Positions 19,154 through 30,180 of a stretch of DNA of 64,000 nt are shown one piece after another. Location: NCBI GenBank assembly GCA_963728565.1, contig CAVSLC010000010.1:32001-96000 (forward strand). Direction: 5' to 3'. The notes under the pieces are model-generated. The model saw only the letters and a program-made list of their open reading frames with translations. It had not been told where the DNA came from and did not search any database. The stretch is from an uncultured delta proteobacterium. Its GTDB lineage: Bacteria > Desulfobacterota > Binatia > UBA9968. Every line of letters starts with the position of its first letter. The first letter of the stretch is position 1. A program made the translations under genes and the position numbers.

Positions 19154-19194
19154 GCTTCACTTTGTGTAACGTTGCTCGGCGTAACCAGGCTTGT

Positions 19195-19209
19195 GCAACG
19201 AAGATGCCA
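19195..19209 (-). promoter_or_regulatory. sigma54 promoter (TGGCATCTTCGTTGC)
   Basis: GG-N10-GC 42 bp upstream of the PRC-barrel start. Confidence 0.8.
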
Positions 19210-19508
19210 GGATAGCCATAGCCTTCTTACGGGCTGGAGTGTGCATCCGCTGTTGGCAATATGGCTCTCGGGTGGGGCACGCATGGCATTGCCCGTGTGT
19301 CGAAAATGCGACGGACTGAAGAGGCTGTATCTCGCATTCCAACCGCTGTTCTGACCTTTTTTCGGATGCGTCTATTTTAATCACAGCAGAAATACGGAAA
19401 GGCTGTAATCGAACATCAAACGGCACCTTTTGGCGCACGAACCCTGATGTCCGAAACTGCAGCTCATGAATGGAGCGGGTGGAATCATTTTTGCGGTGAC
19501 TAGGTCCT

Positions 19509-19886
19509 ATGGTCGGCAAAATCCTCATCGTCGAAGATGATGCCATCACCCGACGAAACCTCTCGCTGCTGCTCAGCGATGAGGGCTATGACGTAGATCA
19601 GGCAAGCGACGGAGTTCACGCGCTTGAAAAACTAGCCGGGCGAGCGTTTGACTTGGTGTTGTCGGATATCGTCATGCCCCGGATGGACGGCTTGAAGCTG
19701 CTGCAGCAGCTTCAGCTCAGGGCGCCACAGATTCCGGTTATGATCATGACGAGCTATGTATCCGATTCGCTTTCGGCCGTCCCGGCGGGAGCGACCGAGT
19801 TCATTCGAAAGCCGTTCGTGTTGGACGATCTTCTGTTCAAGGTACAGCGGGCGTTGGACAAAGCACCCCAAGCCCCGAGTTTGTGA
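19509..19886 (+). CDS. Single-domain response regulator
   Basis: ILIVEDD, LSDIVMPRMDG, MTS, FIRKPF. Confidence 0.92.
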   Translation: MVGKILIVEDDAITRRNLSLLLSDEGYDVDQASDGVHALEKLAGRAFDLVLSDIVMPRMDGLKLLQQLQLRAPQIPVMIMTSYVSDSLSAVPAGATEFIRKPFVLDDLLFKVQRALDKAPQAPSL

Positions 19887-20084
19887 ATCAATCTGTACGG
19901 AGCTCCCCCCAACACAGTTTTCATCTCGCCGCTGCCGTTACCCGGATGGAGCGTCAGTAACGTCTACTTCACGCCGCACACTTACAACATGGAAGCTGGC
20001 AACCGCGGGGAGACGCGAGTGAACCGCGCATCGACTCATTCAGGAACGTCAACAACGTGAGGAAAAAAACAAACAGGAGATTCC

Positions 20085-20255
20085 ATGTCAAAAGCAAAGA
20101 AAAGAGGCAAACAGGCAGGCCCCCAGAAGAAAACGTCAAAACGTAAAAGACAGCGCGAGATTAGTCCTCAAACGGAGCAACCATTTGAGCAGGATTCCAA
20201 GCGCCGCATCGGGCAGTATGGCGGAGCGGGCGAGCCGCCGATCATGAAAAAGTAG
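20085..20255 (+). CDS. 56-aa basic hydrophilic microprotein (absent from ORF track)
   Basis: MSKAKKRGKQAGPQKKTSKRKRQREISPQTEQPFEQDSKRRIGQYGGAGEPPIMKK; AGGAGA RBS. Confidence 0.7.
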   Translation: MSKAKKRGKQAGPQKKTSKRKRQREISPQTEQPFEQDSKRRIGQYGGAGEPPIMKK

Positions 20256-20768
20256 CCTATTTGTTCTGTCTCGATTCCGAGGGTGGTTGGAAAGGGTCAT
20301 GCATGCTTGTGGCTTGAACCAGTGGAGCATGTTTCCTCCGCGCAGGATTTTCTAAATACAATGGCATCTCGGTCAGTCGGGCGCTGACGGGATGGTTTGC
20401 GATATTGATAGCTCCTCACCACCGATGCTCGCTGGAAATTGATCCATGTTATTTGTCAGCTGCATGTTTTTCAATCCTCCTTTGCTTCTACTGAAAACAG
20501 CGTCTCAGGCTTTCTCGAACAAGAATGATACTGAGTTTTCTTTAGCCATCACTGCCTCCTTTCCGCAATTGACGAGCTTGTGGCACCATTCAGAAGGTAA
20601 ATAATGTGACCCTCAAAAACCCGACGAGAAGGTGGCTGCCGTTACTGTGCCCTGATAGACGGGGTCGCCGCTAGAAGAGTTGGGTTCCGAGACAGCGCTC
20701 TTCGGTCGCTGCACGGTCAACGCGCAAAACATCATAACTCGACGGTTTAACACTTGCTTGGTTTCTGG

Positions 20769-21551
20769 TCACATAGGTTGTGTAGAGTCCCGCGACATAT
20801 TAGCGATTCCGTCAAGCAACTCGCGGACCTCCTGATCGCTTGTCTGCTCAAAATCCGAATACCACGCCCCGACAGCCATGAAGGGCTCAGGGGTTGCGCC
20901 GCAAATCACCTCATCGACTTCGCCGCGCAAATCGTCGCAAGTTTCGGCAGCAGCAACAGGAACCGCAACGATGATCTTAGACGGCTGCATCTTTCGCAGC
21001 GCGGTAGCAGCGGCGCGCATCGTCGATCCGGTTGCCAGGCCGTCATCAATGAGAATCACCGTGCGGCCTTGTACACTGGGTGGCGCCCGATCTCCACGGT
21101 ACAGCCGTTCGCGGCGTTTCAACTCTTCCTCCTCGCGATGGGCTACATCGTCAATTGCCGAACTCGAAACAGGAATTCGGCTAGTGACTTCCTCATTGAG
21201 GACACGAACTCCACCTGTGGCGATCGCGCCCATGGCTAATTCTTCTTGCCCTGGGACGCCAAGCTTACGCACCGAGAAAACATCCAAGGGAGCACGAAGC
21301 GCGCGGGCAACCTCAAAAGCAACCGGCACCCCGCCACGCGGCAGCGCCAGTACCAGAACATCCGAACGATTAGCATAGGGGGCTAGTTGAGTCGCGAGCT
21401 GCTTGCCTGCCTGACGCCGATTGGCAAAAGGAATAATGATCGGTTCGCCCGATCGAGACTTCCTAAGCACGCGGACACCCTCCGTTAACGGCCTGTCCCG
21501 AAAAGGATCCGGACGTTCGTTGTTTGCGGCGGTCAAATCACAGTGCCGCAA
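20769..21551 (-). CDS. Phosphoribosyltransferase-family protein (start uncertain)
   Basis: [38 protein letters not shown] loop [13 protein letters not shown]. Confidence 0.9.
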   Translation of the reverse strand: MRHCDLTAANNERPDPFRDRPLTEGVRVLRKSRSGEPIIIPFANRRQAGKQLATQLAPYANRSDVLVLALPRGGVPVAFEVARALRAPLDVFSVRKLGVPGQEELAMGAIATGGVRVLNEEVTSRIPVSSSAIDDVAHREEEELKRRERLYRGDRAPPSVQGRTVILIDDGLATGSTMRAAATALRKMQPSKIIVAVPVAAAETCDDLRGEVDEVICGATPEPFMAVGAWYSDFEQTSDQEVRELLDGIANMSRDSTQPM

Positions 21552-21736
21552 AGCCGATGCCAGAGAAAAATGGCGTGGTCTTCCTTGCCAGCTTGAGAAA
21601 ACTGGGACACCCGACCGAGCGGCAGCCGGACGGTTGCAAATGCCCCACTCTGAGAGCAGCTCGGAGGATGCCGAGACGTTTGCCGGAAATGATCAGCGCG
21701 CGCGCTTGCCGATCGATGAGTTTAGATGGGGGTTGC

Positions 21737-23362
21737 TCAAGCATTTGGATGTTCTACTTCGACGATGACTCCCTCATCAGGGCGCAGTAGAAACTTTTCG
21801 GCAACGGCTTCACCAGCGCGATCAACAGCGGTGGTTAAACTGATACTGCCGCGAAGGGCGACGTGCTCAAATGTTCTAGGCTCGTCGCTGAAATTTAGCG
21901 CGATCAAAAAACTTTCCGACCCGGAGTGGCGGCTGTAACTCAGGACATGATCTTCGCACAAGACTTCGCCATAGCAACCGCTGTGCAGTGCCGTTTTTGC
22001 GGCCCGCAGCGCGATCAAGCGGCGATATAAAGTGAGCACTGAGTCGGGTTCATGGCTCTCACACGCAACATTGAAGCGATTGAAATCACTGGCCACCGGC
22101 AACCACGGAATGGCGGTGCTGAAGCCGGCGTGATTGGTCGAATCCCATTGCATCGGTGAGCGCTCGGGATCTCGCCCCAGGCCGAGGGAGGGAACGTTTA
22201 ACTCCCAGGGATCCTTGACCAGCTCAGCCGGTATCGGAACATCCAGCATCGCAATTTCATCACCGTAATAAAGCGTAGGTGTGCCACGCAAGGTGAGCAG
22301 AAGCATTGCCGCTACGCGCGCCTGTGCCCTGCCGATCCGACTGGCGACCCGGTGACGGTCATGATTTCCCAGCACCCAATTGGGCCACTGATCAGGTCCG
22401 AGCAGTGACTCGTAAGTTGTGATTATGCGATGCACCTCGGGAGCGGTCCAGGGACTGGTGATCAGGGCAAAGTTAAAAGGCAGATGGACTCCGGACTTGT
22501 AATAGGCAACGGTGCGCTCCATGGATAGGTAGGCCTCACCGATGATCACGCAATCCTCGTATTCATCGATGACTTGCCGTATCTGGCGGATGACGTTCGC
22601 GCTGTCCGGATGATCCCGCGAGTGCACCGGCAGATAGCGAAAATACGGACCAGTGGCGGGGTCCCAATCGGGATTCAAGGGGTTGTCTCGAAACTGAGTA
22701 TCTTTCATCAAGTGAGCGATCGAATCTACTCGGAAACCGCTGACGCCTCGATCAAGCCAGAATCTCAGCACGTCGATCATCGCCTGTCGTACGGCAGGAT
22801 TGCGCCAGTTTAGATCGGGCTGCTCTTTAAGGTAGGAGTGCAGGTAGTATTGTCCGGCGTTTTCATCCCACTCCCAAGCGCTGCCGCCGAATGCGCTCAA
22901 CCAATTGTTGGGCGGCCCACCTCCGGGCGCTGGATCGCGCCAAATGTACCAGTCTCGGTAGGGATTGTTCCGGGACGATCTCGACTGAAGAAACCAGAAG
23001 TGTTGGTCCGAGCTGTGATTCGGCACGTAATCCAAAAGGATTTTTAGATTTAAACGCCGCGCCTCGCTGATCAGCGCGTCGAAATCACTGAGGGTGCCAA
23101 ACAGCGGATGAATATCGGTGAAATTTGATATGTCATAGCCGAAATCAATCATCGGCGAAGGATAGATCGGCGATAGCCAGACCGCATTGATCCCGAGCCA
23201 GCGGCAGTAATCAAGCCGACTGATAATTCCCCGCAGGTCACCGCTGCCGTCACCATTGCTGTCTTTGAATGACAGCGGATAAATTTGATAGATCGAACCC
23301 TTTTGCCACCAGGTGGCTTGGGTGGGGTGTGCTGTTGAAACAATCGGTGCGGACGGAATCAT
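21737..23362 (-). CDS. GH13 alpha-glucosidase/oligo-1,6-glucosidase-like hydrolase
   Basis: YQIYPLSFKDSNGDGSGDL, VPNHSS, GFRVD (nucleophile), IGEAY, GNHD. Confidence 0.92.
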   Translation of the reverse strand: MIPSAPIVSTAHPTQATWWQKGSIYQIYPLSFKDSNGDGSGDLRGIISRLDYCRWLGINAVWLSPIYPSPMIDFGYDISNFTDIHPLFGTLSDFDALISEARRLNLKILLDYVPNHSSDQHFWFLQSRSSRNNPYRDWYIWRDPAPGGGPPNNWLSAFGGSAWEWDENAGQYYLHSYLKEQPDLNWRNPAVRQAMIDVLRFWLDRGVSGFRVDSIAHLMKDTQFRDNPLNPDWDPATGPYFRYLPVHSRDHPDSANVIRQIRQVIDEYEDCVIIGEAYLSMERTVAYYKSGVHLPFNFALITSPWTAPEVHRIITTYESLLGPDQWPNWVLGNHDRHRVASRIGRAQARVAAMLLLTLRGTPTLYYGDEIAMLDVPIPAELVKDPWELNVPSLGLGRDPERSPMQWDSTNHAGFSTAIPWLPVASDFNRFNVACESHEPDSVLTLYRRLIALRAAKTALHSGCYGEVLCEDHVLSYSRHSGSESFLIALNFSDEPRTFEHVALRGSISLTTAVDRAGEAVAEKFLLRPDEGVIVEVEHPNA

Positions 23363-24504
23363 CTCATGCGGTTATCTATCATTACTTTGCATGCGCATGC
23401 GCAATCGAGCGCTAGCCTCTCGCTCCATTGCCTCGAGGCTTTTGGCGCTGCTTTACTATCCAAGGTAACTCCGGCTTTCAGCAGCCTCAGCACAGCGGCC
23501 TCTTCCGGTTCGAGGTCATGCGCGTCGTTGATTTCCTTCTTGAGCCGCCGACGCAGAGCGCGCAACAGAGTCCCGTCGGTATAGGACTGAATCACCGCCG
23601 GGTGAATATAGCATTTCCGGCACACCGCTTTGGTATTGCCCAATTTCTTGGCGACGGATTCAATTGCTTGAACTATATTGCGTTTGCTTTCCGCATCAGA
23701 CGCAGCGCTTTGGAACTCCTGCAATGCTCGTGCGGCCAACACCGTTCCTGCCCAGGTGCGGAAATCCTTAGTGCTGAATTCTTCACCGGCAATCTGGCGG
23801 ATGTACTCGTTAACATCAGTGGAGTCGATGGTGCGACGCTCGCCATCATCGTCGATGTACTGAAACAGCTCATAACCCGGCAGATCCTGGCAGCGTTTGA
23901 TGATCTTTGCCAAGCGACGATCATTGATATCCAACGCATGCTCGACGCCGCTCTTGCCGCGAAACTCGAAACTGATCGTCGAACCGGAAACATTGACGTG
24001 GCGATTCCTCAGGGTTGCCAGGCCGAAGGATTTATTTTGCCGAGCGTACTCCTCGTTGCCGACACGAATGTGGCTGGTTTCAAGCAGCCTTACTACCGTT
24101 GCGAGGATTTTATCGCGCGGTAACCCGGGCCGCCGAAGGTCGTTGTCGACTCTTTGACGAATCAGCGGCAGAGCTTTCGCGAAGGCCAGAATACGACCAT
24201 ATTTGTTTTCATCTCTGACCTCGCGCCATCGGGGGTGATAACGATGCTGTTTTCTGCCCTTGGCATCGCGCCCGGTCGCTTGCAGGTGGCCATTGCGTAT
24301 CGGACAGATCCAAACCTCACGCCAGGCCGGCGGTATCGCCAAAGATTTGATGCGTTGCAATTCTTCCGGATCACGGATGACTTTGCCGGAGGGATCAATG
24401 TATTGGAACGCTGCGCCGCTCCTTCGGCGGGAAATACCTGGCTGATCATCCGTCACGTAACGGAGGCTCGCAGCCTTGGCTGATTCGACTGGATCCGGAG
24501 ACAC
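23359..24504 (-). CDS. Bacterial (poxvirus-like) DNA topoisomerase IB
   Basis: IPPAW, GRDAKGRKQ, IRVGNEEY, FRGKSG, KDFRTW, LGNT..VCRKCYIHP. True start may be ATG 24550 with an extra T. Confidence 0.94.
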   Translation of the reverse strand: MSPDPVESAKAASLRYVTDDQPGISRRRSGAAFQYIDPSGKVIRDPEELQRIKSLAIPPAWREVWICPIRNGHLQATGRDAKGRKQHRYHPRWREVRDENKYGRILAFAKALPLIRQRVDNDLRRPGLPRDKILATVVRLLETSHIRVGNEEYARQNKSFGLATLRNRHVNVSGSTISFEFRGKSGVEHALDINDRRLAKIIKRCQDLPGYELFQYIDDDGERRTIDSTDVNEYIRQIAGEEFSTKDFRTWAGTVLAARALQEFQSAASDAESKRNIVQAIESVAKKLGNTKAVCRKCYIHPAVIQSYTDGTLLRALRRRLKKEINDAHDLEPEEAAVLRLLKAGVTLDSKAAPKASRQWSERLALDCACACKVMIDNRMR

Positions 24505-24670
24505 GACCGCGCCGAGCGCTTTGCTGGCCGCTTCCGGATCAAAGCGACATCAGCCTTCATTGTGATAAAGGCTCTGGCAGAGAACTCGTGCAATCGGCCC
24601 TATGAGAGGAGGACGCGTAATCACCGATGCAAAGTTTATCGTGCAGGTCAGCGTTGTACTCGAGTGTTTA

Positions 24671-24700
24671 CGGCCCGGCCCCTGCGAGGGGGCCGAGCCG
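24671..24700. terminator. GC-rich hairpin (terminator or mRNA-stabilising stem)
   Basis: CGGCCCGGCCCC-TGCGA-GGGGGCCGAGCCG just downstream of the 24719 gene; no clear U-tract. Confidence 0.4.
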
Positions 24701-24718
24701 CTGGATATCAGTAGCGGC

Positions 24719-25024
24719 TTAGCTGCTGTAGCGCGAATAGCCATCACCTCGATCGCTCTGATCATGACCCTCAAGCTTCACCAGCTTGTTATAGAGTCCG
24801 ATGATCAACCAGGTGGGGACCCACTGTCCGATGAAGTTCCCCCACTTGCCCCGACCGCCGATCTGCATCGCCAGTGAAAGCGCCATCGCCCCGAGCGCGA
24901 CTCCTAAGAACGCGGAGGATGGTATCGCGCCGGTATATTTTTCAATCGATTTTGTAAACTGATCCTCAGTCCTGCTGGGCTGTTGCGATTGCCCCGTTCC
25001 AAAAGCTCCCTCATAATTTTCCAT
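24719..25024 (-). CDS. Conserved small membrane protein
   Basis: AAGGAGG RBS; IEKYTGAIPSSAFL...FIGQWVPTWLIIGLYNKLVK; two hydrophobic segments. Confidence 0.8.
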   Translation of the reverse strand: MENYEGAFGTGQSQQPSRTEDQFTKSIEKYTGAIPSSAFLGVALGAMALSLAMQIGGRGKWGNFIGQWVPTWLIIGLYNKLVKLEGHDQSDRGDGYSRYSS

Positions 25025-25118
25025 GATAACCTCCTTCAGTTTGCTGACGGTTAGTGAATGCGGACGCGAATCTACGTTACGTGTTTTTAGCAGCCCGGGG
25101 GGTACGCTTATACGGAGA

Positions 25119-25133
25119 GCAAAACACGTACCA
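25119..25133 (-). promoter_or_regulatory. sigma54 promoter (TGGTACGTGTTTTGC)
   Basis: GG-N10-GC 95 bp upstream of ATG 25024. Confidence 0.75.
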
Positions 25134-25341
25134 GCACTTAAAGCACAGGGCATGTCGTGAATGGCTTGAAGATTTTTCGGAACGCCTGCAAGGGCTGATC
25201 TTACGAACGAAGCAGAGCGGCGGATTTAAGTCTTAACTCTGAGACGACCAGGGTTAAATCTACAGCGTGTGGGTAATCGTGAGTTTCAGAATACGTCGAC
25301 GCCGAACCAGCCAGATGATAACACTTGCATGCGACATGCAA

Positions 25342-26778
25342 TCAACTAATGCGCTGGGGCATCCTGGCAGTGCCGGAGGGCGAACTGTGGCTGCGATCTT
25401 TCCCCGACCCTAATCTGATTCTAAAGGGAGCGCCTGCATCACGTAACCAGATGATCGCCTCACCGGCGTTGATCGGGATGGCGGGAGTCTCGAACATTTC
25501 ATCAGGCGACAACCCCGGGAGTTGACTGAAAGCAGCCGCGCCGGAAGGATCGAGCGCCAATACAATATTCACAGATGACCGGATGGAGCGGGCGACGGCG
25601 TTGGGATTACCGGTCGCGCACATCATTCCTTCAAACTGAGAAGGAATATCCAGCGGCGCGGGTTGCCACGATCTGGAAAGGACATCCTGCGCTTCATCGA
25701 CAACGATCCAATGAGGATGGCCGGTCCTGGCGCGAAGTTGTTGAAGCCGGGCGAACAGCTCCTGAATGAAGGAGCTTCGTTGGCGCATGCTCACGCCGCT
25801 CAAGTTAATAATCGCATTCTCCGCCGGATCCTTCAGAAGACGGATGATTTCATCCACCGTGGGCGCTCGTTTAGGACGCCCGAGACCAATTGCGTTGGAC
25901 ACCTCCTCGAAAGCGCCGCGCGGATCAAGCAGGCAGTACTGATAGCGTTGCTTGCAAAGATTCTCGATAAACGCGCTGGCGACGTTTCGTCTCTGATCAT
26001 CAGATGAACCGGCGAGTAAAATGTTTGACGCGAACGGCGAAACGCGAATTTCCCTGCCATCAGCCGCAGTGCCCAGCAGCAGATGATGCCTGGTCAGGCT
26101 GGTGTCACGATCACGAAGATCGCTAACGATGATTTCGTTGATTAGTTCTGCGGCGCCTTCGCCATTGGCAGCCGTGGTAACAAAATCCGCCTTTTCCTGC
26201 AACATCGGCAATGCATTGGCGACCGCGACAGAACATTCGCAAAGCGCCAGAAGAGCATGGTCGTTTTCGGCGTCACCGACCGCCGCGACGTTGTGCGGCG
26301 ACAAATTCATTTCTTTCAGAGCGGCCGCAAGTCCGGTAGCCTTGCTCGTGCCCGAAGGCAGGATCATCACCGCCCCTTTATTGAAAATCAACTGCAGCTC
26401 CAGCCCAAGCTCGCGAATAGTATCGAGGACCAACGTCTCATGGGGATGATGCGTCGAAACAATGACATCGCCTACGGAAATCGGTACGCCTCGTTCCCGA
26501 AGACGGGCCACGAACTTTGCCGGTGGCGGACTCGCTAGAATTTTTTTCTCGCCGGTTGCCGGGTGATACAGCAAAACACCATTTTCCGCGACAACCCGTT
26601 CAAAAATAGTATAATGAGGAAATACCGAGATAAGATCTTCTAACTCACGCCCAGTGACGAGGATCAGCTTCCGGCCCGATGCTATGAAACGTTGCAGGGC
26701 TGCTAATGTGCGGCTCGAGACTTGACCATCGCTAGCCAGAGTTCCATCGTAATCGCAGGCCAAAGCGAGGTAGCGCAT
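25342..26778 (-). CDS. HAD-IIB (Cof/SPP-like) phosphatase fused to a degenerate HerA-like P-loop domain
   Basis: ACDYDGTL, VTGR, SKATG, GDAEND; C-half has LDPRG and IVVDEAQ (Walker B), but the Walker A position reads GSSDDQRR. Confidence 0.82.
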   Translation of the reverse strand: MRYLALACDYDGTLASDGQVSSRTLAALQRFIASGRKLILVTGRELEDLISVFPHYTIFERVVAENGVLLYHPATGEKKILASPPPAKFVARLRERGVPISVGDVIVSTHHPHETLVLDTIRELGLELQLIFNKGAVMILPSGTSKATGLAAALKEMNLSPHNVAAVGDAENDHALLALCECSVAVANALPMLQEKADFVTTAANGEGAAELINEIIVSDLRDRDTSLTRHHLLLGTAADGREIRVSPFASNILLAGSSDDQRRNVASAFIENLCKQRYQYCLLDPRGAFEEVSNAIGLGRPKRAPTVDEIIRLLKDPAENAIINLSGVSMRQRSSFIQELFARLQQLRARTGHPHWIVVDEAQDVLSRSWQPAPLDIPSQFEGMMCATGNPNAVARSIRSSVNIVLALDPSGAAAFSQLPGLSPDEMFETPAIPINAGEAIIWLRDAGAPFRIRLGSGKDRSHSSPSGTARMPQRIS

Positions 26779-26888
26779 GTTTCCGTTTCCTCCGAGCATC
26801 TGGGTTGCATACTTCTAGAATAGGGGATGAACGGGAGCATTTCAAACGTCTTTGCCGCCGACCATTGGTGTATGAAGGATCTGAGATT

Positions 26889-29041
26889 ATGAACGAAATT
26901 ATTCGCTTGCCCGATGAATTCTACATCCTTGCGACAGCATCCGCTGCAGAGGAGTCCCGAGTCCTAAAGATGGGCGAGAGCTTTGGAATTTTCGACCGCT
27001 ACGGCGATATTCTTCAGTATGGCTTAGGCGAACAAGGAATCTATCACGAGGGAACACGGTTCCTCTCTTATCTTGAACTTCGCATGGGAAACATCCGCCC
27101 TTTTCTACTGAGCTCGATGATCAAAGAAGACAACATTCTCTTCACCGTCGATTCGACCAACCCCGATGTTTACGTCGACGGCACGATCGCGCTGCGCCGC
27201 GGTGATGTGCATCTATATCGCTCAAAATTCATCTGGCAGGCAGTCTGTTATGAACGGCTGCAACTGGTCAACTATAGCCTGTTGCCCATCGAAATTTCTT
27301 TTGCGATTCGCTTCGACGCCGATTTTGCCGACATTTTCGAAGTGCGCGGCGTCAAAAGAGAAAAGCGAGGGACGCGCCTGGTGGATGAGACTCGACAAGG
27401 ATCGCGCGATGCTGAGCTATCTTGGCCTGGACGACATCGTTCGCCAAACAATCATCGAGTTTTCTCCAGCCCCGGAGAAGCTGGCGCCTGGTGAAGCGAC
27501 CTTTCACAGAATTCTCGATCCTAAAAAACCCGAGGCGTTTTTAGTCTCGTACGCGTGCAAATCGAAACGCTCTGTTCCGGTTCGCCGCCCCGTAGAGCTG
27601 GCGCTGAAACAAGCCGAACAAGCGCTAGCTGCCTACAAAGCGGAGGAGTGCCAAGTCCGCACGTCGAATCATGAGTTCAACGGCTGGCTCGACCGCTCCT
27701 ACGCCGATATTCATATGATGATTACCGACGGCCAAGATCTTTATCCGTACGCGGGAGTGCCGTGGTTCAGCACGGTGTTCGGCCGGGATGGGATTATTAC
27801 GTCGTGGGAGCTTTTATGGATTTTCCCCCGGGTCGCGCGCGGCGTGCTGCGTTACTTGGCGGAGACGCAAGCGACGGAAGTTATCTCCGAGCGCGACGCC
27901 GAACCCGGAAAGATTCTGCACGAGATGCGCCTGGGAGAAATGGCCAGCTTGGGTGAAATTCCTTTTGACCGCTACTACGGCAGCACCGACAGTACGCCTT
28001 TGTTCGTTATGCTGGCGGGTGCTTACGTCACTCGCACGAACGATGTTGAATTCGCTCGCTGGATCTGGCCGCACGTGAGGCGCGCGCTGCACTGGATTGA
28101 AGAGTACGGTGACGTCGACGGCGATGGCTTTGTCGAAACGTTGCGCCGCTCATCGCATGGGTTGGTGCAGCAAGGCTGGAAAGATTCGTGGGACTCCGTT
28201 TTTCATCAAGACGGAACTCTCACCGAGGCGCCACTGGCGCTGTGTGAGGTTCAGGGTTACGTGTACGCCGCCAAACTTGCGGCGGCAGGAATCGCGACGC
28301 TCCTCGGCCATAGCGACGAAGCCGTGAGGCTTGTCAGTGAGGCCGAGCGACTCAAAGAGCAATTTCAACCAAGTGTTTTGGTGTGACGAGCTTTCGATCT
28401 ACGCGTTGGCGCTCGATCAAGCAAAGCGTCCTTGCAAGGTGCGAGCATCGAACGCCGGCCATTGCCTGTTTGCCGGTATTGCTACGGATGAGTATGCGTT
28501 GCGTACTGCAAGCACGTTGATGAGCGAAGATTTTTTTTCCGGCTGGGGAATCCGGACATTATCGACCAACGAAGTGCGTTACAACCCGATGTCCTACCAT
28601 AATGGATCGATTTGGCCGCACGATAATGCCGTGATCGCAGCCGGCTTTGCTCGTTATGGTTTGAAAGAACCGATATCCACGGTGATCACCGGACTGTTCG
28701 AGGCCAGCCTCTACTTTGAAATGCATCGTTTGCCCGAGCTTTTCTGCGGTTTTCCGAGACGCGAAGGTGAAGGGCCGACCCTGTATCCGGTTGCCTGCGC
28801 GCCGCAAGCGTGGGCGGCCGGCTCGGTCTTTTTAATGCTGCAAGCGTGTTTGGGACTCTCGGTCCATGCGAGCGATGCGAAGATTTACTTCGACTCGCCT
28901 GTGCTGCCCGAGTGCATCAATGAGATATACTTGAAGAACCTGCGGGTCGATTCGTCACTACTCGACTTAGTAGTCGATCGTTCCTTTCAAGGCATTGGAA
29001 TTGAGCGCCGCCAGGGCGACGCCAGCATTGTGATCAGTTGA
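26889..29041 (+). CDS. Amylo-alpha-1,6-glucosidase / glycogen debranching enzyme (two frameshifts, ~27390 and ~28362)
   Basis: Three overlapping ORFs join up: DFADIFEVRG; YAGVPWFSTVFGRD, EPGKILHEMR, QGWKDS; SYHNGSIWPHDN, RLPELFCG, YPVACAPQAWA. Confidence 0.9.
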
Positions 29042-30061
29042 AGCTTTGATCACGCGGCGGTAGACGCTGAGGTAATCTTGCGCCATACGAGAGGCGCTAA
29101 AACGTTCTTCGAAAACCCGGCGACAGCGCCGGCGGTCAAAAGCCGGAATCTTACGAAGCGCCTGAAGGGCGCCTTCGATGTCGTCGACGATGTAACCTGT
29201 GATGCCCTCCTGGATCAACTCCGGTACCGAGCCACGCCGAAACGCAATAATCGGAGTGCCGCATGCCATCGCTTCGATAATCACCAGGCCGAAAGGTTCC
29301 GGCCAATCGATCGGAAACAGCAAGGCATAAGCGTTCGCGAGAAATTCTTTTTTGTCCTTGTCGCCGATCTCGCCGATAAATTCCGCCGACGAATTGCTCA
29401 AGATGGGTCTGATCACCTGTTCCATGTAATTACGATCGGCGGCATCGGTCTTGGCGGCAATGCGAAGTCTCATGCCCGAACGAGCGGCGATTTCGATTGC
29501 GCGATCTAGCCGTTTTTCCGGTGAGATTCGTCCAACGAACGCGAGATAATTCCCGGGTTTCTCACCGCAATCATAAAGCTCCAGAGGCAAGCCATGATAG
29601 ATCGTCTGTTGCCAGTTGGCGCGGGGCAGAGGTGTGCGTTGCGCATTCGAGATCGATACAACTGGCATTTCGCTGAATTTTTTGTACACGGGCATCAGGT
29701 CGGCAAGATCAAGCCGGCCATGCAGGGTGGTCACGTGCGGAACCGAGTATCGACGCGCTAGCGGGAAATGAAGGTAATCGGTATGAAAGTGGATGATGTC
29801 AAAACGGGACGCTCTCTCGAAAACCTCTTCGAGCATAACATAGTGATGAGCAAGCGGGTCGAACACATTGTCGAGACGCAGGGCTCGCTTGCGCGCCGCT
29901 ATGAGTTGCGCCGCAGTGACCGAATCGCCGCTGGCGAAGAGCGTGACCTCGTGTCCCTGCGCCACCAACTCCTCGGTCAGGTAAGAAACGATCCGTTCAG
30001 TGCCGCCATAAGTTCGCGGCGGCACACTTTCATAAAGAGGCGAGACCTGCGCGATTTTCAT
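28967..30061 (-). CDS. GT4 glycosyltransferase
   Basis: VPPRTYGGTERIV, GRISPEK, WPEPFGLVIIEAMACGTP. Confidence 0.93.
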   Translation of the reverse strand: MKIAQVSPLYESVPPRTYGGTERIVSYLTEELVAQGHEVTLFASGDSVTAAQLIAARKRALRLDNVFDPLAHHYVMLEEVFERASRFDIIHFHTDYLHFPLARRYSVPHVTTLHGRLDLADLMPVYKKFSEMPVVSISNAQRTPLPRANWQQTIYHGLPLELYDCGEKPGNYLAFVGRISPEKRLDRAIEIAARSGMRLRIAAKTDAADRNYMEQVIRPILSNSSAEFIGEIGDKDKKEFLANAYALLFPIDWPEPFGLVIIEAMACGTPIIAFRRGSVPELIQEGITGYIVDDIEGALQALRKIPAFDRRRCRRVFEERFSASRMAQDYLSVYRRVIKASTDHNAGVALAALNSNALKGTIDY

Positions 30062-30165
30062 TCGGGATCCTTAAAAAAAGCGCCGACAACGATGCTAGGG
30101 GCAGATTTGATTGCGGCGGAAACTTTAAATCAAGTAAATCGAAGACGCGGATAATTTGTTATTAC

Positions 30166-30180
30166 GCAATGGCGATGCCA
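30166..30180 (-). promoter_or_regulatory. sigma54 promoter (TGGCATCGCCATTGC)
   Basis: GG-N10-GC 105 bp upstream of the GT4 start. Confidence 0.75.

Noticed and set aside
20256-20720. Two strong RBS-ATG starts on the minus strand (20549 and ~20465) and a possible long stem at ~20617-20686
   Set aside because: The ORFs are only 14 and 30 codons with no recognisable family, and the stem is imperfect and matches no riboswitch I can identify.
28967-29041. 75-bp convergent overlap of the GT4 and debranching-enzyme genes as antisense regulation
   Set aside because: It involves only non-conserved C-terminal tails and could result from a lost stop codon or an indel.
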